Part shown: positions 28,111 through 41,989 of the stretch, piece by piece
Layout: every line of letters begins with the position of its first letter
How positions within the stretch are numbered: the first letter of the stretch is position 1
Source: Eledone cirrhosa
Lineage: Eukaryota
Reading direction: 5' to 3'
Assembly: GCA_964016885.1 (NCBI GenBank)
Contig: OZ024743.1
Location: 246,140,001-246,204,000, forward strand
DNA: 64,000 nucleotides
Position numbers and translations under genes: made by a program
Notes under the pieces: model-generated
Database searches by the model: none
The model's input: only the letters and a program-made list of their open reading frames with translations
What the model was told of the DNA's origin: nothing

Positions 28111-28149
<39 letters not shown>

Positions 28150-28196
28150 GTAAATAGAGAAATTAATGTGAGCAAGAAGCCAACAGTATTTCATAA

Positions 28197-28399
28197 TATA
28201 TAAGTGACTATAACGTCAAGATGGAAAATATTTAACGTAAGATATGGGAAAATAATTCAAACTAAAAAAAAAAAAAGCCAAGTTTTCTGAATTTCACAAA
28301 ATCTGTGGATAAAATTTCTGTCTTGACTTTTTTTGAATTGAGTTTGAATTATTTTCCCATATCTTACGTTAAATATTTTCCATCTTGACGTTATAGTCA

Positions 28400-28406
<7 letters not shown>
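28197..28406. repeat. Inverted repeat between (TA)n tracts, family shared with 1805-1900
   Basis: atataagtgactataacgtcaagatgg...attcaaact and agtttgaat...ccatcttgacgttatagtcacttatat. Confidence 0.85.
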
Positions 28407-28450
<44 letters not shown>

Positions 28451-28954
28451 TTAAAAGTTGGTTAGAAACGAAGCCAATACAGACTGGCAGACACACAGAC
28501 AGATATTATAAGCGTGCGACGTTATAGCTATGTATCTATCTAAAAAGACAGAGTAAGAAAGAGAGAGGGATGTCGTATTATATATATTATATATAATAAA
28601 GTACCAGTAATGTAGTCAGCTTTATTAATATAGATAGAGATTGACAATATACACAGAAATTTAATTCATGATACATTAAAAAAAAAGACGATATTATATA
28701 TAAACTGCAAAATATATGAATGTTTATTTAAGCGATCGCTAACCGGAAGTGTTGACATTTAAACATTTTAAAGAAGTGAATCTTTAGATAAACAAAATAT
28801 CTTTAATCAATAATAACGAAATTTAGTAGACAAAAATACCCTCACTTTCTTCCTTGGAAAAAGTTACATCTATGGTGCAAATTTGGTGCTTTTTGGTCTA
28901 GCTGTTTTGCCAAACGTTTGTTACATGCATACGACCGTCAGCTTTATTAATATA

Positions 28955-29481
28955 GATATATATACGTAAATGGCAATTTCTGTCTGTTTGTTTGTGAACC
29001 TAAAACTAAAAAACTACCAAACCGATCTTGATGAAACTTGACACGTGTGTGGGGCTCATGCCTATTTGATTTCTTACGTATATTTCATTTTAATCAAAGG
29101 GTTCCCCGGGGGTTCAAACCCCTGCTGAAAAACCTCCCTTAATTTTTTCTCTTCGATTTATATGAAATTTATATGACTAGATATGATGCCTATTCACAAA
29201 ATTTCAGCAAATTTCAATAATATTAAGACACCCCAATGGGGTTCTATTTTTTTCCTTATAGCAACACTCAACTTCTTTGACAAACATTTTTTCGCCTGAC
29301 CAAAACAATCAACAATATTTGTTTGTATTATTGTTTGTATTATTGTTTCGTAAATGAATTTGTCTTCGCTTTTGATTATCTGTCCTATATTTTGATTTCA
29401 TTTTTGGTTTGAGAGGCATTGAGCATTTTAATGGGAACTGGGAATAGCCCCGCTTCCGGGTATTACCGGGTACCTCAGCTA

Positions 29482-29482
<1 letters not shown>
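28955..29482 (+). mobile_element. Non-autonomous Helitron-like element
   Basis: 5' TA-rich start with ctgtctgtttg tract. 3' GC hairpin ccgggtattaccgg followed by CTAG|T at 29479-29483. Confidence 0.65.
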
Positions 29483-29517
<35 letters not shown>

Positions 29518-29601
29518 ATAATAATAAATGTGAAGACTAAAATCCGAAGAGAGCTCGATAAGGATAATATATATGTAAATATATATAAGAACCGTAGAGC
29601 A

Positions 29602-29912
29602 AATCTATATATCTAAAACAGAGAATGTCTATATGTCTATCTGTCTATCTGACTCCCTAAAGCTCGAGAACCACCCAACCGATTGTTTTCAAACTTTACA
29701 CATGTAATACTTATGGTCGTGTGAGTGTTTTGAGCAAAGAATATTTCAAATTTTCAATGCCCTAGGGACCGCATTAGGCGATTTAGCGATCTCTCTATAA
29801 TTCTTAGTCTGTCTTTTTAGATAGATACATAGCTACAACGTCGCGCCCTTATAATATCTGTCTGTATGTCTGGGTGTCTGCATTACGACATTATGACGCT
29901 ATCTGTGTGTGT

Positions 29913-29977
<65 letters not shown>

Positions 29978-30022
29978 TGTGTGTGTGTGTCTGTGTGTGT
30001 GTCTGCGTGTGTATATATATAT

Positions 30023-30100
<78 letters not shown>

Positions 30101-30532
30101 TATAACGTTTTTCAAAATATTTACTTCTGCGTTCACAGATTGATTTTTTTAGATTCAGAAGATCCCGTTAAGGGTGAAAGCATCAATTTTTCGCTTAAAC
30201 TTTTATCTGTTATTTTAATATATATATATATATATATAATTATATATTCGTGTACAGATATTTTTGCATACACAATAACAAAATATAAACAAACGTATTT
30301 ATTTCACGAGGCTCAACAGCAGCAAAAACAACAACAAAAAAGAGAGAGAACGCAATTACGTGCTTTTGAAAGATCTTAATGGAAAATTATTTGTCTATTC
30401 GCCCAACGACTTCGACTTTTATTAGGACTTCTGCATCAATTGGTAAACATACAACGAAACTGTTTCAGAAAGAAGGGATAAACATGCCAATCTATGTATA
30501 GAATCCCGAGCAACGCCGGGCCATTCTCCAAG
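29602..30532 (+). mobile_element. Composite Helitron-like region
   Basis: Starts A|TCTATATAT. 29650-29890 matches 45740-45990. 3' hairpin cccgagcaacgccggg then CAAG (degenerate CTAG). Confidence 0.5.
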
Positions 30533-31642
30533 TATTTATTAAAATAACAGATTAAAGTTTAAGCAAAGAATCGCTGCTTTCACTCCTAACGGGATCTTCT
30601 GAAACTAAAAAAATAAATCTGTGAACGCAGAAGTAAATATTTCGAAAAACGTTGCAACCGAAAGAAAACAGGAAGACGATACTTTGGTTCGTGAAGACGT
30701 TCCCTGGCAAAGCACGGGAAAAAAGCGAGGATAATACGTCGTTATGTGGTGCGTGAGAACAATTTCACGCAGACAAAAAAACAAAACCACGTTTATGGTA
30801 TAAATGGAGTCATTAACTATTATTACTTCTACGATTTTAATAACCTCTGTCATTTTCAATCTACAAATTTATTTACATATAATTAAGTATACGTACATAC
30901 ATATATGTATACAGATATACAGTAGTATGTATATATATATACATACATGCACACATATATATATGTACGTATGGATTCACCGAACATTTATTATAATGCT
31001 CGGTGTGTTTGTAAACAAACATCCCGAATTTATTTACATTATTCTTAAACTCCAGAGCTGTGAATCATTCGGTTATTCTAAATAGAATATTAGTCTAATG
31101 ACTCCATTTTACCATAAAAGTGGTTTTGTTTTTTGTCTTTACGTGAAACTCTTCTCACTACAGACACTCAACACACATATATATATAATGGGACGCCACA
31201 TTTACCGATTCTTTTGCTCCTTCCTATATCTTGGATGCAGCGGCGAAGATGAAGGTCAGCGTATTCGTAGTCGAACATAAATACATTCTCAATACATTCT
31301 TAAATACCAGGAGTTATAGACAAACAAATTTCGGACTGTAGGGTTTGAAACATTTGGGGGAGCTGGGCTGCTACAACGAAATTCTTCTCATTATTGGCCG
31401 TTCGCCTTACTGAAGAATCAGGCGATGCTCGCAGGAGCGCTTGGTTATTTCAGCGTTTTAGTCTCGCTACTATACACGGCAATGCCATGAATATCTTGCC
31501 TTGCCTCAAACATTATTAGAAGGAAACTCTGACGTATAATTGAGTGTGCATATCTTGTCCCACTTTTTTTCTATTTGTTTCCTTTCCAATTTTCTTTTCT
31601 TTTCTCTGATTATTTTTTTGCTGCAAATTATTAAATGCGTTG

Positions 31643-32153
31643 ATAATTGTTTCTACTTTAGGCACAAGGCCAGCAATTACCCAGTGCATTACTGGTACTT
31701 TATTTTATCGACCCCGTAAGGATGAAAGGCAAAGTCAACCTCGGCGGGATTTGAACTCAGATCGTAAAGGGACGTAACTATGCTGGAAAGCATGGCGTCC
31801 GACCCTCTACCGATACTGCCAATCCACCGCCCTGGGATGATAATATATGTAAATATATGATAATATATGATAATATATGTAAAAAATGCGTTGATAATAT
31901 ATGTAAATATTTCATATTAAATAAAATTTAACTATAATGGTGCTAAATAATGGTTTCTTATATAGGCACAAGGCCAGCAATTTGGGGGAGGGGAAAGTCG
32001 ATTGAATCGACCCCAGTGCGCGTCTGGTACTTTATTTTATCGACTCCGTAAGTTAACCTCCGCGGGATTTGAACTCAGATCATAAAGTACCGTAACTCTA
32101 TGCTGCAAAGCATGGCGTCCGACCTTCTACCGATACTGCCAATCCACCGCCCT
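31643..32153 (-). mobile_element. Two SINE family A copies (31643-31833 and 31947-32153)
   Basis: Head gggcggtggattggcagtatcggtag, B box gagttcaaatccc. TSD aatggtgctaaataat around the second copy. Confidence 0.85.
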
Positions 32154-32226
32154 CAATGGTGCTAAATAATACATACGATTTGTGTATGGATTACAGCTAT
32201 GCGTGCATGTACATATAGTGTCTATA

Positions 32227-32450
32227 TACAAGGGTAAGTCAAAAATTATCAGCACTTTCACCATAACATATTTTTAGGTTTGTCACACTGCTTTCTGCTC
32301 CTGCGTGCTTATAGTTGATACTATTGTGGTCACGTGATCGAAGTTTGGGCTTGGTCGCACCAATTTTCTTGCTATTGTTACAGTGTAAACATAGCCGCTC
32401 CGCTAGCGATGTGCACCAAGGAGCAACAAAGAGCAGTGATCCAATATGCC
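32227..32450 (+). mobile_element. Mariner-like 5' fragment
   Basis: TIR-like tacaagggtaagtcaaaaattatc. 32391-32447 translates IAAPLAMCTKEQQRAVIQY, resembling a mariner transposase N-terminus. Confidence 0.55.
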
Positions 32451-33131
32451 CAGTAAGTAACAGGGCATAATAAAAGAACTCGAACTTGAAGGAGTAGACC
32501 TCTTTAACCAAACCCCATGAAACGCCCCATTCTATGGTATTTTAAAATGTTTATATTTATCTAAAAACCTTCTATCGTAATTCTGTGCACGAATCATTCT
32601 TTAATTACACTCCAAATACCAGCTTAATAATGTTAAAGTTAGCAATTTTACTTTCTCCAAATTCTTGAAATTTTCAAGATAATTTTAACATCATAGGCAG
32701 TGTTTTTTATATTTATTAGAAATGTGGTATTGAACGGGTTAAAACTAGTAGGATCAAGTCAACTGGCCCCTCTACCTCACCAATCTGGCCTGGTCTGGCC
32801 AAGTTGTTAGTGAAATTGTATCAATCTGAAACTGAAAGAGGTTGCAGGCTCAGCTAGTTGAGAGCTGATTTCTTACTCAACTAAAAACAACAACCGTACA
32901 TGCATCATATAAATATTGACTCAAAATCACGAAATTAATCAATCTATCGAAAGCTTTGTTAATATATTTGTTTTTCGGCAAAATCATAGAAGTGAAATTA
33001 TAATCAGCCGATCCGATGTACCGATTGTAATAAAAGAGAACGGGAATAAAAGAAGAAACGCTAAAAATATGTAGTTAACTGTGAACATAAACTCATTTAT
33101 AGAATGAACACACACACACACACACACACAC

Positions 33132-33554
33132 TTGGGGGAGCCATGCTTCTCCCATGGCCAACTTTATGTTGCCTGTTCCCGCGTAGGGAGCAGGAATGGA
33201 CTTTTTGCTTACACTCCTCAAGGGATGACACGCAATATCGTCTACAAAGAGGTGCTATAGATGTTGGTCCAAGTGTTGGAGGTGTTGGAGCTATGGCGTC
33301 TGGAAAACTATTTCCATGGCGGACAGATCTGACACCCAGCGGCATCTTGCAACTTTGGCCTGCTGAATTCGCTATTGGAAGATTATTAACTCATTGATTG
33401 TCCAAAATGCTAACTGTTTCGTAACTTTTAATAACCGGTTCAACTGCTTTATGCACTTAATTGATAAGCTTATTCGCTTTCAAGCCACGTTTACCTGTAT
33501 GTAACTTTTCATAGCAAATGAACAAACCAGAACATCGCCGGGCTAAACTGCTAG
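33132..33554 (+). mobile_element. Helitron 3' end with PIF1-like helicase C-terminus
   Basis: 33132-33260 translates LGEPCFSHGQLYVACSRVGSRNGLFAYTPQGMTRNIVYKEVL* (helicase motif VI, absent from the ORF track). Ends in CTAG|T at 33551-33555. Confidence 0.85.
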
Positions 33555-33843
33555 TTATATATAAACTACATTAAAAGAAAATTAGCGACAGAAAATTAAT
33601 ATGTTTATTTAAGCGATCGCCACCGGAAGGTTTGACATTTGAAATTTTTAAAGAATTGAATCTTTAAATAAATAAAATATATTTAATGAACCGCCACGAA
33701 ATTTAGTAGATAAATTATGTAATATTCATTCATTATTTATTCAAAGTAATCCAACTTATTTTACTAATGGGATAAAAAATTATAAACCGTACGCAGTCCC
33801 GCGCTTCTTACTTTATTATAGTTTAGATATGTATATGTGTGTG

Positions 33844-34201
33844 CCGTGGCGGACTGGCCAGGTTGCCCAATGGCAAGTTGGCACCAGGAGGCCCACGGTA
33901 GCATAACAAGAGCCCACATTAGTATTGCAGGGCCGAATGTGGTATTTTAGGGGCCAATGCTTTGCTTTCAAAAAATACCTGAAATCTAAGAGAAAGAATA
34001 AATAAAAAATAAATAAAATAGTTTTATTTTTTTTTTTTTAAGCAAAGCATTTGGTCAACCAATTCCCCAGGGAATTACTAGAAACCAAAATATATGATAG
34101 TGTAAATAGCTGGAATCAGTGGTTGTACATTCTACTAAATCTAAAGCTTAGTGTATTCATGCATGCATGCAACATGCATATATAGACACACACACACAAG
34201 C

Positions 34202-34203
<2 letters not shown>
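33844..34203 (+). mobile_element. Second copy of the 1405-1751 DNA-transposon-like repeat
   Basis: Reverse-complement match to 1405-1751. Confidence 0.6.
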
Positions 34204-34242
<39 letters not shown>

Positions 34243-34243
<1 letters not shown>

Positions 34244-37200
34244 TCATCCAAAACCTCAACCACGACCTCTTCTCCTTCCTCACCTCCACCAAAGCCCTTA
34301 AGCTACACTCACTCCTCTCGACCCCCCTTCCCCCGCCCATCCCTATGACCTCCCCCCATCCCCCATACCCCCTCTACACCCCTCCCATACCCACACCCCT
34401 ACACAATCTCTCCCCCCTCTCAACCCCTCACACACCCCAACGCCACCACTTGTTGTCACCATATCCCCTGACCTCCCCCTCTCCGCACCTGAGCCTTCAC
34501 TCCTCAGTATAGGCCTTCGCTTCATACCCCACACTCCGCACAGCGACGAGTTCCGCACCCGAACGGAAGTCGAGCGATTCGTGCGGCGCACAAAGCTACA
34601 GGCACATTTCGATCAAACGCCACTGGCTCCGAACGCCCCAGACCCGTTTCTCGCCCTGGGCCGACAACCATCGTCTTGGACGCCGGCCCGAGGGCAATTT
34701 AGCACCCTGGACGCGTTCGTCGATGCCTGCCGTAGCGCCGTAAATCGCTTCGACTTCCGCCACCGGTCCAAACGGCATAACATCTCACGGGGCGAACTCC
34801 TCGCTCTCCGCTCCCTCCGTAGCCGAGATTACATCGTCATCAAACCGGCGGACAAGGGATGCGCCGTGGTGGTGTGGTGCGCTGACCTCTACACGGCTGA
34901 AGCCCTCAGGCAGCTCCGTAACCGCCTCTTCTACGGCCCTCTACCCTCCGATCCCACACCCCTCTACCAACAACACGTTTCCTCACCACCATCCAACACC
35001 TTGTCTCCTCCTACCTCCTCCCCCACCAGTTCCCACCTCATCGTCCGCACCGCCCGCACCCCCACTATCTACTTCCTCCCCAAACTCCACAAACCCGACA
35101 ACCCCGGCGGCCCCATCGTCTCCGCTTGCAACTGCCCCACCGAACTCATCTCCGCCTTTCTTGACTCCATCCTCGCCCCCCTCGTCACCACCCTCCCCTC
35201 CCACATCTCCGACACCAACCACGCCCTTCGCCTATTCGACTCCTTCACCTTCCCACCCGTCTTACAGCCCTTCCTCTTCACTCTAGATATCAAGTCGCTC
35301 TATACTGTCATCCCCGACGCCGACGGCCTACGTGCCCTCAAGCGCTACCTCGACCTTCGCCCCTCCCCCATCCCCCCCACCCTCCTTCGCCTCGCCGAGC
35401 TGGTCCTCACCCTCAACTGTTTCTCCTTCTCAGGTGAGTTTTGCCAACAGGTCACGAGGGTAGCCATGGGCACAAGAATGGGCCCAAACTATGCCAACCT
35501 TTTCGTTGAGGCCCAAATCTGTTACCAGTACACCGGCCTCACGCCCGAACTGTACGGTCGTTACATCGACTTCACCTCCTCCCACCCTACACACACTAAA
35601 CACTCTATTCCCTACTCCCAACTCCTCAGCCGAGATGCTGACTTTGAGTCCCAGGCCCTTTCCCTAGTCAGCTATTTCATCCGCAGAGGTCCCCCCTCCC
35701 TCGTCCACACCGCCCTCACTCGCGCCCGTGCTGTCCACCGCTCCACCACCCCCACCCAAGCCACTGCACACTCACCCACCGTCTCCCCTTCCCCATCACC
35801 TACCACCACTCCACCCTAGCCCTCCATCGCACCATCCTCTGCTCTTCCGACGCCTCCAATCCGACCCCTCCACCTCCCACATCTTCCCGCCCCACCACTC
35901 CCCTCTTTCAAACGCGCACGCAATCTCCGCACCCTCCTCGTCCGTAGCTCCCTACCCCCCAACCCACGCTCTCTTCCCCCCCGGTTCCCTTCCCTGTTCC
36001 AGGCCTCGTTGCAACACCTGTCCCCACATCACCAATACCACCACCTTCCAGGGTCCAAACGGCCACTCTCTCTCTGTCCGGCACGCCTTCCGCTGCACCT
36101 CCTCCAACCTACTCTATGGACTTCGCTGCACGGAGTGTAGCTCAACCTACGTCGGACAGACTGGACGTCGCCTGGCGGACCGTTTCACCGAACACCTCCG
36201 GGATATTCGTCTCGGCGGGAGTTCCCCCATCGCCCGCCACTTTGGCTCCCCTGGACATTCCGCGCACCACCTCACAGTTTGTTGCCTACTCCAATGCCAC
36301 GGAACACCCGCCACCCTTCTCAGGGTTGAACAACGCACCATCTTCACCCTACAGACCCACACTCCCCCCGGCCTGAACTCCTCACCCCTATTCCTTTAGC
36401 CTTCGACCGCCATGTCCCCCCCCCCCCCCACACACACAAACACATATCCCCCACTAACACCACTAACACACTCCTCCTTTTCATCGCCCACCCCACAACT
36501 AACAATACTAACAACCCCACCCACCCCCGACCACCCTCCCTCAACTAACAATACTAACATCCTTTCCCCCTTCCCCTCCCTCTCCCCTATCACGCACACA
36601 CCCACCGGTACATATATACACGCACTCACACTAACCACACACCCTACTACCACCACTAACCCCCACCTACACATCTACTCCCACCACCCCACAACTAATA
36701 CCACTAACATCCCCCCGACCCCACGCACACGAACACACCCACCCACCCACACCCATTTACACCACCCACTCTACACACCCTACCACCACTGACCCCCACT
36801 AACACACCCCCATTCAACCCTTTCCCCACCACCAGTATACTAACACCCACTAACACACACTCATCCAAACACGCACACACACACCAGTACACTACATTCC
36901 CTCCACCGTCCCCCACACCTTTCTCTCCCTCTCCTCGCTCCACCCACACCCCTTTACACACGCACACATCCCACTAACACCTCTACTAATACACACACCC
37001 TTCCCCCGCACGACCCCCTCCCCATTCCACCTTTCACACCTACCCATCCTCTCCCCTGTCCACCGCACCTCCGCACACACTGACACACCGACTTTCTCCA
37101 CCTGCCATTCTCCTCTACTGCTGCTATGCCTTGACCCTCTGACCACCTCTCCGCACACACAGACACACAGCCTTCTCCACCTGTCCTTCTCCTCTACCCT

Positions 37201-37976
37201 CCTCCTGCCTTGACCCTCTGACCACTTCATGTTGCGCGCGCACCCCACATCTCCCCTCTTCCAACCAACCCAACCACGGATTACACACATTGGACATCGC
37301 TCCCACCAATCAACTCCATCACAAGGAAAATATCCGGCACCTCACCACACCCTCTACGGAACTACCTTAGGAACTTACCCACGGACATACACTCACAAAA
37401 AATTGTTTTCCCACACGCCACTTACATCCACAATACGTATAAACACCACACACACGTGCTTACCCCCACATATTTACACACTCAGCCTCCGGAATCCTCA
37501 CGCCCCCTCTCTCTGACCCCTCCCCATCCACACGCGCACACACACCCCCCACACACACTTTTTCCTGAACATGGAACCTCGTTCTTCCCCCAATTCTCAC
37601 ATTCACATACACACACACACACGTACACCTACACACACACACCACCACCAGCCCTCCCCGCTCGGACACCCAGCCTCCCTCTCCCCACTCCACCCACCAC
37701 CACCCCTACAGGCCCCACACCCTTCCACCTCTTGTTTATCTTCATGTTTATTTTTATTTTTATTATTTTTTTATATTTATTTTCATTTGTACCCCTTCCG
37801 CCCCCCCCCATTTTCTAAATGTCTCTCCCCCACTCCTCTACACACCCTTGGAACTCTCTTCCCACACTTTTCGCCTAAAGAAGGGCTTATGCCCGAAACG
37901 CCCCCCCCCCACTCTCAAGAGTTGAAACTAATAAACCTTTGTTCGTACTGCCTCTGTTTTGTTCCCATTCCATATT

Positions 37977-37981
<5 letters not shown>
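34243..37981 (+). pseudogene. Penelope-like retroelement, Neptune-type (RT, Cys-rich linker, GIY-YIG), internally deleted and frameshifted, long C/A-rich 3' UTR
   Basis: IVIKPADKG, YFLPKLHKPDNPGGPIVS, LDIKSLYT, AMGTRMGPNYANLF, YGRYID, CSRPRCNTC, LLYGLRC..YVGQTGRRLADRFTEH, stop at 36399. Degenerate HHR ctaaagaagggcttatgcccgaaacg at about 37875-37900. (TA)n on both sides. Confidence 0.92.
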
Positions 37982-38042
<61 letters not shown>

Positions 38043-38110
38043 GGATGCTTAAAAGCGTCCGTGTGCGGTAGGCCGTTTGAGCACTCGATGCTCTTACAGA
38101 GCAGAGTACA

Positions 38111-38325
38111 ATATCACATAAGAAACGGAGAATCAGTGGTGTGACGAATTAGAATTTATTAGACATATTACAATCATTGCTCTGGCGACCAGCTCGAGCC
38201 ACGATCGATGCTAGGATCGAACTCTATCCTCGCATCGATCGTGCCTCGAGCTGGTCACCAGAGAAACGATTGTAATATGTCTAATAAATTCTAATTCATC
38301 GCACCACTGATTCTCCGTTTCTTAT

Positions 38326-38332
<7 letters not shown>
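38111..38332. repeat. Near-perfect ~105-bp-arm hairpin centred on a probable HHR stem II
   Basis: Arms atatcacataagaaacgg... and ...ccgtttcttatgtgatat. The right arm contains gaaacgattgtaatatg after a GC-rich helix. Confidence 0.85.
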
Positions 38333-38411
<79 letters not shown>

Positions 38412-38416
<5 letters not shown>

Positions 38417-38770
38417 ACTAGAAATTGATTGACATATATATATATATATTTAAAATAAACTCATGAAACAATCACAAGGGATAATTTGTAAAGTGTGTAA
38501 TCACACATAGCTATGTAGGTAACTATTTAAAGTTTAACTAGAGCTTCAAATATTACCTTTATTTGAAGCTCTAGTTAAACTTTAATTAGTTACCTACATA
38601 GCTATGTGTGATTACACACTTTACAAATTATCCCCTGTGATTGTTTCATGTGTCAATCAATTTCTAGTTGATATAAAATGCTCGGATCTATTCATTGGAA
38701 TCTTTGAGCTTATTCTACGATGGATATGGCGCATGTCTCGGACATGACTCCCTTAATTTAATTTAATTAA

Positions 38771-38780
<10 letters not shown>
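38412..38780. repeat. Palindromic element family, with further pieces at 43000-43140 and 43440-43627
   Basis: 38462-38552 is the reverse complement of 38559-38651. Shared sequence gctcggatctattcattggaatctttgagc. Confidence 0.8.
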
Positions 38781-38814
<34 letters not shown>

Positions 38815-38902
38815 GTCAATCATTGTAAGTTTGAATCTAAGTGACATGCAAAAACATATATATAGGAATAAGGTAAGACGAAATCATAGTAGATTCAAAT
38901 AT

Positions 38903-38979
<77 letters not shown>

Positions 38980-39113
38980 TAGGAGGAACAGAAATGAAAC
39001 ATGGATTACAGGTTAAAATGTAATCTAGATAGATGAGAAACAAAACGAGGATGTAGTTTACGGAACACTCAAATGATTTAGAAGTCGACCATAAGTAGGA
39101 GCAATAACATTAA

Positions 39114-39482
39114 GAAAGACATGAACGACACCACATCATATTGTTTTGAAAATTTTGAAAGCTGGTTTATAAGATTGAATTTTCATAAGATTTTCGAGGC
39201 TGTCACAGTGGCCTAGCGGTAGGTACTAGAGACGGTGGAGATCCTAGCCTTGGGTTCAATCCTGCCAAGAGGTACATGTAACCTTTTTCAGATTTTATTT
39301 TACAACCAAGAAAAAAAAAACTGTAAAAGGAGCCCTACTCCCGACCAGGATCGAACTTCAGACCAGGAAAACCACCGTCTATGATTCCTCCGAGACAGCT
39401 ACAAAAGTAGAATGAAAATTGATAATTATAAACCTACTTTCAAAATCAAAGTTAAAAAGATGTGGTGTCGTTCATGGCTTTC
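39114..39482. mobile_element. Inverted-repeat element with two convergent tRNA-like Pol III heads
   Basis: Outer IR catgaacgacaccacatc/gatgtggtgtcgttcatg. Plus-strand A box 39209-39219 and B box 39253-39262. Minus-strand B box 39348-39356. Confidence 0.55.
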
Positions 39483-39826
39483 CTACAGCTATTAGTAATA
39501 TTTAGAGTCGACTTCTGGTCATTATTGAAAGTCTCTGCATTTCGCAAAATACATATTTTTTATTGAAGAAGGTAAGATATTTTTCCGCAAAAATTTGATT
39601 GCAGTGTTTTGTTTCCACTTATGTATTTTTGAAAATTATATTTATTCATTATAAAAATTAAATGATAGCATTCTATATGTAGGTGGGCCCCCTTTATCTC
39701 CAATATTTTTAGACCCAGTCCGCCACTGTATATATATATATTGTTATGCTTTGGGAGGGTCATGTTGCCAATAAGAAACACACGCACCAGTCGCATTCAC
39801 TTCAATTGATTATAAATTCAGAAACG

Positions 39827-39861
<35 letters not shown>

Positions 39862-39867
<6 letters not shown>

Positions 39868-40808
39868 TAAACGGAATAGAAAATGCTGACAAATTGTTCA
39901 CAGTTGAAAAATGGTTTAATTAGGAATAAAAGAGTATTAGTGATTGTATGCAGGGACTACCCTGCATCACTAATTGACAATGGAATCCAACGTGCCCTAA
40001 AACTCAGTACCCAGGACCTTAGACACCCTAAAGTAAATCAACCAAAACTAAAAGCTCTTCCATACATCTCCACACACAACCCCCTCAACAATGAGGCCTT
40101 TAACACCATCCTCCAGAACATCCCTGTATTGAAAAAGGACCATAGAATGAACCAAATTCTACGAACACACGATATCATAAAGAGCAAAAGACAATCCAAG
40201 TCAATGAAAAACATCTTAACACATGCCAAAGTACTGCCAACCACAACAACGAAACCCACAGTAAAGAAATGCGATAGACCCAACTGTGGCATTTGCATCA
40301 ACCTAATAGAGGGTTCGGAATTCTATTTCAAAGATGGACAACGTTTTATAGTAAAACACAATTTCACATGTGCATCGGAAAATCTAATATATATATTAAC
40401 TTGTTCAGGTTGTCGAGAACAATACATAGGCCAGACCAAAAACAGCCTCCGCCAACGCACGACTGTCCATAGATCCCAAATCAAAATACGGGAATACAGG
40501 AAAATACCACTGAGTGAATACATTGATACCTGTGCCGCCCAAAATCATCCCAACTTCAGAATCTTTCCCCTCTACAAATTTAAAGATAATGCCACCCACA
40601 CCCAGCGCATCAGCAAGGAATCTTACTTCATTAACAAATACGGACCCCGTCTAAACACTTCTCCCTAAGACGAACCCACAACATACACACGTCAACATAC
40701 ATACCTACATCAGCACACATCTCTACCCACATATAAACACAATGACATACGTAAACACACATGCTCTATGGTGCAACACAAAAAAATATATGTGCATATA
40801 TATATGTA

Positions 40809-40880
<72 letters not shown>

Positions 40881-41023
40881 ATATATGTATGTGTATATAT
40901 ATATAGTGAATATCATTTCACACCTTTTTTTGTTAAGATTTTTGATGTTCTATTAAGAGAACCGATTTTACTGAAAAAATCGAATAATGTACACCATTTT
41001 ACCAGGGGGGAAAAAATACTGGT

Positions 41024-41066
<43 letters not shown>

Positions 41067-41108
41067 CACACACACATACACACGCGTACATCAACATACA
41101 AAGAGACT

Positions 41109-41153
<45 letters not shown>

Positions 41154-41271
41154 TTCTCCGTATAAGACAAAAGCTGAAAAATATCTTTTGATATGCTAAA
41201 ATACCCCCCATTGCTTTCAGACACATTCTTACTGACCATCCCTGCCACCACAAATTACTCTGCTATACACA

Positions 41272-41316
<45 letters not shown>

Positions 41317-41400
41317 ATCTTAATAGCCATTTGACACACATCGCTGCTAACCATTATCACAACATCGAACACCTTACTACTACTACTACTACTACTACTA

Positions 41401-41434
<34 letters not shown>

Positions 41435-41932
41435 TTGTTGTGAAAGAGTCATTTCTCAATCTTGGCGCAAAACCAATTTTTTATTCACATGACCTCTACC
41501 GACCAATCAAAATTGTTTTGACCACAAGAATTTTTGCTGGAGCCACTTTTTTAACATAAAAACAGTCTTGGCGCAAAATCAATTTTTTACATTCACATGA
41601 CCTCTACCGACCAATCAAAATTGTTTTGACCACAAGAATTTTTGCAAATTGGAGCCACTTTTTTAACATAAAAGCAGGTAGAATTCCCAAAACTAATCAG
41701 ATCAGAGCAAACAGCACGGACACTCTATCTCAAAATTATTTTTGAAAAGCATTTAGAAATGCGCAACCGGTAAAAACTTAAAAACTTAAAACCACAACTG
41801 AATACTAACCCATACAATCACTAATACTCTTTTATTCCTAATTAAACCATTTTTCAACTGTGAACAATTTGTCAGCATTTTCTATTCCGTTTACCAATAT
41901 ATAATAACTTGTGTGTTATACCTCTATTCTTT

Positions 41933-41937
<5 letters not shown>
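39862..41937 (+). pseudogene. 5'-truncated Neptune-type PLE (thumb, Cys linker, GIY-YIG) with inverted 3'-end copy at its 5' junction
   Basis: CDRPNCGIC...FTCASENLIYILTCSGCREQYIGQTKNSLRQRTTVH, stop at 40668. 39862-39950 is the reverse complement of 41811-41900. Confidence 0.9.
41461..41675. repeat. ~106-bp tandem duplication within the PLE 3' UTR
   Basis: cttggcgcaaaa...ttttaacataaaa occurs twice. Confidence 0.9.

Positions 41938-41981
<44 letters not shown>

Positions 41982-41989
<8 letters not shown>

Noticed and set aside
33104-33397. 97-aa ORF in the track
   Set aside because: Wrong frame. The meaningful frame is the Helitron helicase remnant at 33132-33260.
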